This document shows, in pieces, positions 1 to 8,920 of a stretch of DNA of 64,000 bases. A model generated the notes under the pieces. The model did no database searches. It saw nothing but the letters and a program-made list of their open reading frames with translations, and was not told the DNA's origin. The translations under genes were made by a program, and so were the position numbers. How positions within the stretch are numbered: the stretch's first letter is position 1; every line of letters begins with the position of its first letter. This DNA comes from an uncultured cyanobacterium (GTDB lineage: Bacteria; Cyanobacteriota; Cyanobacteriia; Cyanobacteriales; Nostocaceae): NCBI GenBank assembly GCA_963740315.1, contig CAVUDP010000001.1, forward strand, positions 704,001 through 768,000, given 5' to 3'.

Positions 1-127
1 AAGCACCAATTCTTCCTCCAATATCGCGAGTAGTATCGCGGCTACCCTGGTTATCTTCTTGAGTGACAATTGAAGATGCTTCTTCAGTAATAATCCAGAT
101 GTTTTCTGGGGTTGGAATTTCTGACAT
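1..127 (-). CDS. N-terminal part of a CDS running off the window edge; probable Pepco-domain protein
   Basis: Reverse strand from ATG at 127 reads MSEIPTPENIWIITEEASSIVTQEDNQGSRDTTRDIGGRIGA and is open to the edge. The IWI(I/V)T start plus a G-rich linker resembles cyanobacterial Pepco proteins. Confidence 0.55.
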   Translation of the reverse strand, partial: MSEIPTPENIWIITEEASSIVTQEDNQGSRDTTRDIGGRIGA

Positions 128-297
128 CTGCTTGCTTCCTATAACTTTAATTAATTAGACTAAGTGCTATTGTTTTTACTTAGATATATTAATTACCATA
201 CTTCTTGTAGTACGAGCCGGATAGCTTGACATAATTGTGTCAAGTTAAGTTTCCGTAGTCGTGACAAAGAAGCTATATGTTACAACTCAAAATACAG

Positions 298-324
298 AGA
301 GACGTTGCAATGCAACGTCTCTAC
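298..324. repeat. REP-like palindrome AGAGACGTTGCA-A-TGCAACGTCTCT(AC)
   Basis: 12-bp perfect stem; related copies at 31839-31865 and 44005-44030. Confidence 0.8.
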
Positions 325-359
325 ACGGTAATAAATTAACAATACCCCAATTCCCCAAA

Positions 360-1619
360 TCAAATTACATCTGTTAAAACTTTACGAGTATTGTGCCAAG
401 CCCAAATACCAATAGTGGCAACTACAAGACTGATTCCTAAAAGTACGATTCGTAAGCCGAAATAATTCGTTAGTCTTTCGGTAATTAATAGCGGTGCTGT
501 TAAAGCAATGTTTACTGCGTGATTTTGAAAGCCGAATATCTTACCATGCATATCTGGAGGTGTTTGCTGTTGGATTAATGTTTGCATCGGTACGGCGATT
601 AAAGCTGCACCCAAACCTAATAAAACACTAAGTCCCAAAGCTAAAGGCAGATTATGAATAAATGTGAACACGGCTAATACAAATGCCATGCTCAAAAATC
701 CAAATAAAGGTAAAGGTTTGTGATGGAATTTCTCGCCCCAATGACCTAAAATACCGGCACCTAAAACCATTCCTACCCCTGCTGCTGCTAGGAAGAAGCC
801 GAATTGTTTTTCTTGTAACCCAAATCTTGCGGCTAATCGAATCGATAATGCAACCAAGGAAGCAAAAACGCAATACAAAGCGGTTAACTGCACCATTGCG
901 TTCATAATCAAGCGCTTTTTCTTCAGATAGCGCAAGCAATCTTTAAATTCTTCTAAAGGGTTAACTTTTTCTTTTTCGCCAGTGGGTTTCTTGCTTTTTA
1001 ACTTTACGGGTATTTTAACGATCGAGGAAATTAGATATAGCCCACCGACAATAAACTCTTGCCCGTATCTTTCCCCCATCAAGTTTTGACCCAGACTTAA
1101 TAGGGGTTCGCCTATAGCAAAGCCTATTATTATAGCACCCATCATGGTGCTTGTAAACAGCGCATTGGCAGCCATCAAATTTTGTTGCTTCACCAAAATT
1201 GGTATAGAAGCTTGCTCTGCTGGCGCAAAAAATTGCACGATCGCGGAATTAGCAAAAGTGATTGCTAATAAAATCAAAAATTGTCTTGGTAAAAATGGAA
1301 TTGCGATCGTTAAAAGTCCGCGTAGCAAATCCGAGCCAATCATAATCGGCTTTTTGGGGAAGCGATCGACAATTATACCGCCTAGCGAGCCAAGTAAAAT
1401 CGCCGGTAAAGTAAACGCCAGAAACAAATCCGCACGTCTACCATCCTCAACTACACCTGCTGCAAGTGGGTACTTGGCTAGCAGTGCAATTGTCAACACG
1501 AAAAAGATTTTGTCTGCTAGCTGACAGATGATTTGTCCTATCCATACCAGCATGAAATTGCGGTTTCTGAGTACCGCACCAAATCCTTTATTCACAGCAG
1601 CAGGTTCAGTTGGAAACAT
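360..1619 (-). CDS. MFS transporter
   Basis: About 12 hydrophobic segments, motif A-like GIIVDRFPKKPIM, LRNRNF N-terminus. Confidence 0.9.
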   Translation of the reverse strand: MFPTEPAAVNKGFGAVLRNRNFMLVWIGQIICQLADKIFFVLTIALLAKYPLAAGVVEDGRRADLFLAFTLPAILLGSLGGIIVDRFPKKPIMIGSDLLRGLLTIAIPFLPRQFLILLAITFANSAIVQFFAPAEQASIPILVKQQNLMAANALFTSTMMGAIIIGFAIGEPLLSLGQNLMGERYGQEFIVGGLYLISSIVKIPVKLKSKKPTGEKEKVNPLEEFKDCLRYLKKKRLIMNAMVQLTALYCVFASLVALSIRLAARFGLQEKQFGFFLAAAGVGMVLGAGILGHWGEKFHHKPLPLFGFLSMAFVLAVFTFIHNLPLALGLSVLLGLGAALIAVPMQTLIQQQTPPDMHGKIFGFQNHAVNIALTAPLLITERLTNYFGLRIVLLGISLVVATIGIWAWHNTRKVLTDVI

Positions 1620-1637
1620 TCGTTCGATGGGGGTTAA

Positions 1638-1952
1638 GAGTAAGTTAGGAGTATTGAGTCAGGAGTCAGGAGTATTGAGTTAGGAGTATTGAGTTATGAG
1701 TATTGAGTTATGAGTATTGAGTTAGGAGTTATGAGTTAAAATTTATATCGCCATTTGTGTTCTAAAAACAGGCGATCGACTGCACTTTTGGTAAATGGTA
1801 GTGAGACTGTGATGCTAACACTACGGAAAAAAATTATGTTCTGTGATTATGAGTTATGAATCATAAATTCTATATATTTTCAACAATTGGGATGCTCTTC
1901 TTTTTAATTCTCAACTCAATACTCCTAACTCCTCACTTTTAACTCCTAACTT
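1638..1952. repeat. STRR heptamer arrays in inverted arrangement
   Basis: Tandem GAGTTAG/GAGTATT units at 1638-1737; complementary CTAACTC/AATACTC units at about 1910-1952. Confidence 0.85.
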
Positions 1953-1990
1953 ATAAATTCTCCTCCCGCTCATCTTCAAGCTTTTCCGGA

Positions 1991-2557
1991 TTAAATTTCT
2001 TCATAACGTTTTAATAATATTTTGATAAAGTCAGCCGCAGTCAGGGATTTAAGCAATTCTTCTGATGGTGAATCTACCCAGTATCCTTCAACAGTTGATG
2101 GATCTCGCCATAATTCTAAATGCTCAACAGCAGGTTGTGCGTAAAAGTTATTATCGCCGCTACCGAGCAAGCAGGAACTCCAGTGGGTGAAGTAATCGTG
2201 ACTCATCCTATGGATAGGGAAATTACCATATATTGGTACCATCCATCCATCTATAGCAATGAAAGCCTTAACATTACCGACCGTATTTTGCCATAAACTT
2301 GCAGCGGCGATCGCTCCAACTACACCAGCACTAAAGCTGATGAATATAACTGGTGATTCTAGCTTATCTACCAATTTATCGCGTAAAAACTGCCAAATAT
2401 GAAATCCTGATAAAGCAGATAGATTATTTGCCCGAAATTCTAGTATATTCATCGACTTTAGATCGCATAAGCTATTAGAATCTGTTTCTAATAAACTCTT
2501 GATAAAGTTTTGAGTCAAGCTCGATTCGTGCATTCCGGGACAAATAATTACGTTCAT
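1991..2557 (-). CDS. Conserved cyanobacterial hypothetical protein, alpha/beta-hydrolase-like
   Basis: 188-aa ORF with ICPG, SFSAG (nucleophile-elbow-like), IAIDGW and SHDYFTH motifs. Confidence 0.75.
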   Translation of the reverse strand: MNVIICPGMHESSLTQNFIKSLLETDSNSLCDLKSMNILEFRANNLSALSGFHIWQFLRDKLVDKLESPVIFISFSAGVVGAIAAASLWQNTVGNVKAFIAIDGWMVPIYGNFPIHRMSHDYFTHWSSCLLGSGDNNFYAQPAVEHLELWRDPSTVEGYWVDSPSEELLKSLTAADFIKILLKRYEEI

Positions 2558-2737
2558 CAGTTTTTAGAAGACGGCATTTACAAATTAACCGTTAAAGAGT
2601 TTAGATAGTTGTCAATTTAAGGCAGGAAGTTGAAATTACTTAGAATAACAATTTTTGATAAACGCAAAGTTTTTTATTCTATGCATATTTTAAATGTATT
2701 CAGAGAATAAATAGTTAACAGCGAGCGGCGATCGATT

Positions 2738-2900
2738 TTGAAGGTAAGTAGATATCTTTGACATACTCCCCCGAATTATATTCGGGGGATTCTAGGCTCA
2801 AGCAGTGATTGCAGGCTTAGCCCGACTTACATCTCCTAACCTAACAGTCGATGCCCCAACTGCTTGAATATTAATCGCGGCGTTTTCATCGCGCCCGTTA
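2738..2900 (-). ncRNA. Predicted TnpB omega/reRNA; guide begins at 2757 (AGAUAUCUACUUACCUUCAA)
   Basis: Inferred from the known TnpB architecture: the scaffold overlaps the tnpB 3' end and right end, and the guide is the flank beyond TCAA. The 5' boundary is approximate. Confidence 0.55.
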
Positions 2901-3922
2901 ACCTTTTGACAACAAGGACAACGCCACTCTCTGACTGATAAATTTAAACTTTCCAACAGATAGCCGCAACTAGAACAAGTTTTACTAGACGGATACCATT
3001 GATCGATGTAGACTACTAACTTATTTTTCTTTTTAGCAATCCATTCCAAGCGTTGCAAGAATTCGCCAAAAGCCAAGTCACAAATCTTACGACCCCATAA
3101 ACGCTGCATCCCTTTAAGTTTTAATGTTTCAAAACACAAAACATCAAACTTGTCAGTTAACTGATGCGCTAATTTCCAGAACCAATCGCGTCTACGGTTA
3201 ACAATTTTTTCATGTTTACGTACCAGATTTTTTCTAGCACGTTCCCGATTAGTTGAACCTTTAAACTTTTTGGAATGCTGTTTGCTTGCTGCTTTAATAT
3301 CTTTAATAGATTGCTTGAAAAATTGCGGTGAATCAATTTTGCTACCATCGGAGCATACAAGGAAAGTTTTTAATCCAAAATCAAACCCTGCTATTTTACC
3401 AGTCGCTGGTTTAACATAAGACGCTTGTTTCTCGTCAACGACCAAAACCATAAATAGTTCACCTAATGGTGTACGTTTTATAGTTAAAGTTTTTACCTTT
3501 CCTTGAATTTCTCTTGATTTACAAAATTGATAAATCCGTTGACCAATTTTTATTCTATTCCCACCAATAAATTTATATCCAGCTTGCTTTAAGGTGAATG
3601 ATTTATATTTTTTAACCTTTTTGAAGGTGGGCGGTCTTACACATGATTTGTTGTGTTTAAAAAATAGCTGATAAGCTTTTTCTATCCGCTGACAAATATC
3701 TTGTGTTCCTTGAGAACCAACTAATTGCCAAAACGGATTACGCTTACGCAATTTAGCAATATGAGACTGAAGCTTTGCACAATTCAAGTGCTTGCCCCAC
3801 ATTCGGTAATACCGTTTATGTAAGGCAATACAATGATTATAGATAACTCCAGCAGCATTTATTATACGCTTAAGATATCTATTTTTTTTATGCTCGTACA
3901 GTTTGAACTTCAGTGTTTTCAT
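2798..3922 (-). CDS. tnpB: RNA-guided endonuclease TnpB
   Basis: Start MKTLKFKLY; RuvC residues in GFDFG, CFETL and RDENAA; zinc finger CSSC...CPCC. Confidence 0.95.
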   Translation of the reverse strand: MKTLKFKLYEHKKNRYLKRIINAAGVIYNHCIALHKRYYRMWGKHLNCAKLQSHIAKLRKRNPFWQLVGSQGTQDICQRIEKAYQLFFKHNKSCVRPPTFKKVKKYKSFTLKQAGYKFIGGNRIKIGQRIYQFCKSREIQGKVKTLTIKRTPLGELFMVLVVDEKQASYVKPATGKIAGFDFGLKTFLVCSDGSKIDSPQFFKQSIKDIKAASKQHSKKFKGSTNRERARKNLVRKHEKIVNRRRDWFWKLAHQLTDKFDVLCFETLKLKGMQRLWGRKICDLAFGEFLQRLEWIAKKKNKLVVYIDQWYPSSKTCSSCGYLLESLNLSVREWRCPCCQKVNGRDENAAINIQAVGASTVRLGDVSRAKPAITA

Positions 3923-3960
3923 ATCTATAATAATATCATGTAGACACAATAAAAGAACAA

Positions 3961-4370
3961 ATGAGTCAAAAATATAGGCATAAAAATACTTCGGTGTCGC
4001 TAGTCAATTACCCTAACAGTTTGGATTGTGCGACGAAGGGGAAAAGGTATTATTTGGAAGTATCAAATGTTGGTTAAATATTTTAATTTACAATATTGCT
4101 ATAAATCTAGAAATTGAAGTATTAAATCTCGCTATTGAACCGGAACATATCCATTTATTTGTTAACTGCTCCCCAGGTATCGCGCCTTCTCAAATTATTT
4201 ATGGAATTAAAGGTGCATCCGCGCTTGTATTTAAGGTAATATTTTCCGTCTTTCACGAAATTGCCTTTAATGTGGCAGAATGCATACTTTGTTTCTACTG
4301 CTGGCAATGTCGCGCTTTGCGACAATCCAGAAATACATTGATGTTCAAGGTTCATATTGACGGCGCATGA
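3961..4370 (+). pseudogene. tnpA: IS200-type Y1 transposase TnpA, frameshifted
   Basis: ATG 3961 gives MSQKYRHKNTSVSLVNY, then the frame breaks. Another frame carries the HUH motif EPEHIHLFV and IKGASA. The LWQNAYFVSTAG segment (TTAATGTGGCAGAATGCATACTTTGTTTCTACTGCTGGC) is out of frame with that. Confidence 0.85.
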
Positions 4371-4571
4371 ATGCGCCTCCGCTACATCCCACCCTTAGCG
4401 CATAGGTGGGCTTTGCTCGTATTACTGTAAATTTTCTTATCGAAAGATAAAGGGGTATGTAATTAAAAGTCTAAATATATAATTTTAGACTATGCTATCC
4501 CCCAGGGTGGGATAAATTACCTATACTGGAAAAATAAAACGCTCTACCAAGGTTGCACAGAGGAATTAATT

Positions 4572-5687
4572 GTGGTTGCTACACCAGAAAAAGTCAAACA
4601 GATTAACGAGCATCTACCGAGACAAGATCGAGTTGCCGTACTACTTATGGGGTACGGTGAAGTAGAAAGCTACGAAGATTTTGCTAACTATAACGAGCAA
4701 GCGTTAAATTTACTTACGGCAAAGTTCGCGCCAGTACCAACCTGGATTTACCCACCTCTAGCAAAGATGCTAGCGATATTCGATCTTCATGAGTGGGGAC
4801 ATACACACGATAATTTCATTTCACCCCACAACGCTATCTTTGAAAAGCAACGCGCTGGAATTGAACAGCAGTTACAAGAAAAATGGGGCGATAAAGTACA
4901 GGTTTTCAAAGCTTTTAACTTTTGCGCTCCCCATCTTCCCAATCAGGTTTTAGCCGAAATCCAGAATCAAGGCTTTGATAAACTCCTGATTTACCCATTA
5001 TTAGTAGTTGATTCCATCTTTACCAGCGGTATTGCGATCGAGCAAGTTAATAATGGTTTGTCACAGATGGCTGATGGTGAGGAGCATTGGGTAAAAGCAC
5101 AGCGCTACATTCCTTCTTTCTACAACGAACCCAAATACATCAAGTTGATCGCCAAACTTGTAGAAGAAAAGATATCTTCAGAATTGAAGAATGCTTATTT
5201 GCCTTCGCAAATTGGTATCGTATTGATGAATCACGGTTGTCCCCACAAAGCCAAAGGATTCACTTCTGGAATTACCGAGTCTCAAATACTTTATGATTTG
5301 ACACGCGAAGAATTAATGTACCGCTACCCATTGATTTCTGTAGGTTGGCTCAATCATGATACACCTTTGATTGAATGGACTCAACCAAACGCCGAGCAAG
5401 CCGCTCAAAACCTAATTCAAATAGGTGCAAAAGCATTAGTATTTATGCCCATCGGCTTTGCTACAGAAAATCACGAAACTCTCTTAGACGTACATCACAT
5501 TATTCACAAGCTAGAGAAAAAGCATAAGGATCTAAACTGCATTCAGATGGATTGCGTCAACGATCATCATGAATTTATGATCATGGCTGCTGAATGGGCT
5601 GACTCTCATATCGAAGAGTTACTCTCAGAAGAAGCAGCAGCAGTTAATCGCACGCAAGCAGTTGCTCATCACCATCATCATCATTAA
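4572..5687 (+). CDS. hemH: Ferrochelatase-family (class II chelatase) protein with C-terminal His tract
   Basis: VAVLLMGYGE, YPLL, NHGCP, PIGFATENHETLLD motifs; ends in HHHHHH; no CAB tail, so probably a paralogue. Confidence 0.75.
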   Translation: MVATPEKVKQINEHLPRQDRVAVLLMGYGEVESYEDFANYNEQALNLLTAKFAPVPTWIYPPLAKMLAIFDLHEWGHTHDNFISPHNAIFEKQRAGIEQQLQEKWGDKVQVFKAFNFCAPHLPNQVLAEIQNQGFDKLLIYPLLVVDSIFTSGIAIEQVNNGLSQMADGEEHWVKAQRYIPSFYNEPKYIKLIAKLVEEKISSELKNAYLPSQIGIVLMNHGCPHKAKGFTSGITESQILYDLTREELMYRYPLISVGWLNHDTPLIEWTQPNAEQAAQNLIQIGAKALVFMPIGFATENHETLLDVHHIIHKLEKKHKDLNCIQMDCVNDHHEFMIMAAEWADSHIEELLSEEAAAVNRTQAVAHHHHHH

Positions 5688-5854
5688 TTGGGCATGGGGC
5701 ATGGGGCATGGGGAATGATTTAAAACTGGATTATTCTTAGCCTTCTGATATTGTTTGTTTTTTCCCTGTTTTCAAATTTACATATTTAGAATTAAGACAA
5801 CTTTTGTAGGGTGGGCATCTTGCCTGCTCTTTTTTATCGCGTAAACCCCCATCG

Positions 5855-5963
5855 ACTGGTTCCTAGACTCTGGCTGGGAACGCATTCGGGGAGGCTCCGC
5901 CTTCAGATTGACAAGAGGCAGAGCCTCTTGATAAGCATTCCCAGCCTGGAGGCTGGGAACGAG
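5855..5963. repeat. REP-like doublet (GTTCCTAGACTCTGGCTGGGAAC ... TTCCCAGCCTGGAGGCTGGGAACGAG)
   Basis: Two GC-rich hairpins around an AAGAGGC-AGA-GCCTCTT stem in AT-rich intergenic DNA. Confidence 0.7.
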
Positions 5964-6015
5964 TTAACGAGTCAATTACCAATTCCCCATTTCTTATTTC
6001 AGTTAAAATACATAA

Positions 6016-7128
6016 ATGGCAAACAAACACCTAACAATCAAACAACTTACTCAGGAGGTTGGCGGTGGTTTAACTCCGAGGATGGTTAGGCATTATCATA
6101 AGTTGGGGTTATTACCACAAGCTAAACGTTCCTCTGGAAATTATCGTCTGTATACTGATGCTGAGGTGCAGCAGTTGCGGCGCATTTTGGCGTTGAAATC
6201 TCAGGGTTTTCAATTAGAAGATATTCGTGAATTATTGGATTCTCCGGAGGTGATGAGTTTCGATGCTTTGGCTTCCCAGTTGCAACAACAATATAATTCG
6301 GTAACGGAGCAGTTAGCCCGGTTGCGACAAACTGCGTCGGCTTTGGAAGAATTTTTGTCAAGAGATAAAAGTTCTCAGGATACTCAGCTACAGGCGTTAG
6401 AACAATTAAAACAAGTAGAAATAGAATCAGCTTTTGGATTGCAAGAGTTAGATCGACTTTGGGATGGTTTGGATGCAGCGCGTAATGTCCAAAGAGAAGA
6501 TTTGAGCGAGTCTTTGCGAAAAATATTGCCGGATTTATCCAATAAAAACGAAATTGAAAGAGATTTACTTTCTAAACTGGTGTTTGCTTGTGGTGATGTC
6601 AGTTTGGTAGATTTTGTTAGGTTGAGTAAAGATGCGATCGTTGCAGCCAGACATCACCTCAAAGCTGATTGCGAAATCGTCGCTGATGTTTCCCCGGTTG
6701 TGGCGGCACTCGACCATACGCGAATAGCACATTTAGGCGCAACTGTCAATACTTTAATTGACGACCCCCACATTCATAGCGTTGATGAAGCTGAAAGAAA
6801 GTTTTGGCAGGATGAGGAATGGCAAGATAAATTAAAGCAGTTAAAACCGGGCTGTATTTTAGTTATTGGTTATGCGCCGTCGGTATTAATGTCAGCATTG
6901 AAACTTGTAGAAGAAGAACAATTAAAACCATCTTTAATAATAGGAATGCCCATCGGCTTTAATCACGCTCCTGCTGCAAAACGCCGTTTAATGCATTCGA
7001 GCGTAGAATATATTACTACTGTGGGAACCCTTGGTGGTGGATTGTTGGCGGCTGTAGCAATAAATGCTTTAGTAGGTTCGCTGATTGAAAGACCTGATTG
7101 TCATTGTTATTTAAGGCATAGAGAGTAG
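6016..7128 (+). CDS. coaR: MerR-family regulator fused to precorrin-8X methylmutase-like domain (CoaR/CorR-type cobalt sensor)
   Basis: MerR HTH (RMVRHYHKLGLL..RSSGNYRLY), CobH-like VIGYAPSVL and IGMPIGF..APAAK, C-terminal CHC motif as in Synechocystis CoaR. Confidence 0.85.
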   Translation: MANKHLTIKQLTQEVGGGLTPRMVRHYHKLGLLPQAKRSSGNYRLYTDAEVQQLRRILALKSQGFQLEDIRELLDSPEVMSFDALASQLQQQYNSVTEQLARLRQTASALEEFLSRDKSSQDTQLQALEQLKQVEIESAFGLQELDRLWDGLDAARNVQREDLSESLRKILPDLSNKNEIERDLLSKLVFACGDVSLVDFVRLSKDAIVAARHHLKADCEIVADVSPVVAALDHTRIAHLGATVNTLIDDPHIHSVDEAERKFWQDEEWQDKLKQLKPGCILVIGYAPSVLMSALKLVEEEQLKPSLIIGMPIGFNHAPAAKRRLMHSSVEYITTVGTLGGGLLAAVAINALVGSLIERPDCHCYLRHRE

Positions 7129-7133
7129 TAATA

Positions 7134-7192
7134 AGGTTTGTAGTAGGGACTTCAGTCCTAAATCCAAGGACTAAAGTCCTTACTACGAACCT
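7134..7192. repeat. Palindromic element between convergent genes (possible bidirectional terminator)
   Basis: AGGTTTGTAGTAGGGACTTCAGTCCT ... AGGACTAAAGTCCTTACTACGAACCT inverted repeat. Confidence 0.75.
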
Positions 7193-7197
7193 TGAGT

Positions 7198-7650
7198 TTA
7201 AATATTTAAATCTTGCATAGCTAGACGAATTTGTTCCATACGTCTGCGATTTACTCCTAAGTCAGAATCTCCGACGCGAGATGCGGAACGGATATGAATT
7301 ACTTTTTCGTCGGTGGGAAAGTAAAATTCTACGTCGTCGGTAAATTTGAAAATTCTGCTTTTAGAAAGAGCATGAATATAATTATCTGTATTTTCTACAA
7401 CTTCGGTACGGGGAACAACTGAAAGAACTTTTAATACAGTTTCTTTGGCTGTATCGCGATCGCCATGATAGGAAATTGGAGCGATCGCGTGCTTTTCATC
7501 GCCGTTTTGACTGACAACGCAATTCGGGGAAGTCGGACAAGCAGCAAGATGATTATCGGTAATTCCCACCGCTAAAGTTTGTTCGGGGAAGATTAGAATA
7601 CCAGTTAAGCTCAGAAATATTACGCAAAGAATAGCAAGCAAACGAGACAT
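7198..7650 (-). CDS. DUF1499 domain protein
   Basis: Signal peptide, CPTSPNCVVSQ, FTDDVEF, RSASRVGDSDLGVNRRR; GAGGAG upstream of ATG 7650. Confidence 0.9.
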   Translation of the reverse strand: MSRLLAILCVIFLSLTGILIFPEQTLAVGITDNHLAACPTSPNCVVSQNGDEKHAIAPISYHGDRDTAKETVLKVLSVVPRTEVVENTDNYIHALSKSRIFKFTDDVEFYFPTDEKVIHIRSASRVGDSDLGVNRRRMEQIRLAMQDLNI

Positions 7651-8026
7651 CAAACAATTACTCCTCAAGGTTTAAATAAGATTTACCTCGATTATTGTCG
7701 GTCATTTTGGGTGTTTGTTGTTGATTTATCAAATTTTACGGTGCAAAGAAACCCAGTTTTTCCAAAAAACCGGGTTTCTAAATTCACATCTTGCATTATC
7801 AAAAGCTATTGTCAAAATTATTACTATTTGTCTGACTTAGTTTTGACCCGCCAGGGACTGCAAGTCCCTGTCTAATAGCATAAGTCCATTAAAATGGACT
7901 AAGAATTATACGATAATTAAAAGGTGATATTTTTAAATGTTTAATTTATCGCACTAGTAATTACTCGTAGGGTAGAAGATATGAAGTGTCTAAAACAAAG
8001 TACGATTCTGAAGATACAGGAAAAAA

Positions 8027-8455
8027 TTAATCGAAAGTATCTTTCACATTATTAACAGCACCTTTAAAAGCATTCTTTGTCGCATCTACCGCACCTTTAG
8101 TGCGTGCTGCATCTTCGTTAGCGCGTTTTTCAATTGTTGCTGCGTCTTTGTTCGCTTTACGCTCTAAGAAGTTGCCGCTTCCATCTGTTGCGTCTTCAAC
8201 TCGATCGGCATTATTATTAGCCGTGCGTTTGACTTGATTTTTTACATCATCGATGAAACCCTTGGTGTTTTGAGCGTCTTCGCTGGCTTTCCCTTTAGCA
8301 TCACCACCGATACCAAATATAGCCAAAGTAGGGTTGTTGTTTGCTGCGATCGCAACGTTATTGAAGAATCCGAAAGTCGCAGACAAGCAGAACATACCTA
8401 TAGCTAAGAAACGTCCAAACTTAGCTACTTTTGAGGTTAAATATGTTGATTTCAT
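8027..8455 (-). CDS. Secreted or membrane-anchored hydrophilic protein, LEA/CsbD-like
   Basis: N-terminal hydrophobic segment followed by A/K/D/N-rich amphipathic repeats. Confidence 0.65.
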   Translation of the reverse strand: MKSTYLTSKVAKFGRFLAIGMFCLSATFGFFNNVAIAANNNPTLAIFGIGGDAKGKASEDAQNTKGFIDDVKNQVKRTANNNADRVEDATDGSGNFLERKANKDAATIEKRANEDAARTKGAVDATKNAFKGAVNNVKDTFD

Positions 8456-8764
8456 AGAATATTTTTTCCCTGTAGATTTAGCATTATATTTGTAAATGAT
8501 TTTCAGCAACAGATAGAACTTTCTTTTGGTAGAAGTTATTTGATTAGAAGAGGGAGATTTTTGCGATCGTACTCTGACTTTTGGTTGAATACTGGCGATT
8601 TTTTGATGAGCGATCGGAATTTATCGTGTTATGAAACTGTGTCTCGTCATTGCGTTCACGGAGTGTTCCCTCTTAGGGAATGGAGGCACGACGAAGCATT
8701 CACCGTCAGGTGCGGTTCATCGCAAGATTTTAGAGCTTCTGTGAGTAATGTCTGTATTTACGAA

Positions 8765-8818
8765 ATCTGGCGGTTGAAACCGCTGCTACACAAGCGAAGT
8801 CCACCTGCGTGGACTGGG
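8765..8818. repeat. REP-like family (TGGCGGTTGAAACCGCTGCTACACAAGC..GTCCACCTGCGTGGAC)
   Basis: Related copies at 18502-18556, about 57030-57190 (both orientations) and 62281-62333 (reverse). Confidence 0.75.
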
Positions 8819-8920
8819 TTATAGATGATTAATTAGCGAATTTTGCGGGATATGCTGTATTCACGTCACGAATGCGTAATTCTTATAGAATAACTGTAAC
8901 GTATATCTCAGTACTGCCTG

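Larger units (their letters stand above)
2758..4426 (-). mobile_element. IS200/IS605-family element with divergent tnpA remnant and tnpB, IS608-like ends
   Basis: On the minus strand: TTAC target (4430-4427), AAAG immediately before a CCCACC..GGTGGG hairpin (4388-4410); at the other end GAAT, a CCCCCGAAT..ATTCGGGGG hairpin (about 2766-2788) and terminal TCAA (2761-2758). Confidence 0.85.

Noticed and set aside
4485..4527. MerR-type CoaR operator at TATCCC..GGGATA upstream of the chelatase
   Set aside because: I could not place a -35/-10 pair with 19-20 bp spacing around the dyad, so the assignment is unsupported.
5811..6089. 92-aa ORF before coaR, and similar ORFs at 8540-8824, 32326-32520, 49210-49410, 56997-57459 and 62152-62376
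   Set aside because: Composed largely of REP/STRR sequence or overlapping real genes; low-complexity translations.
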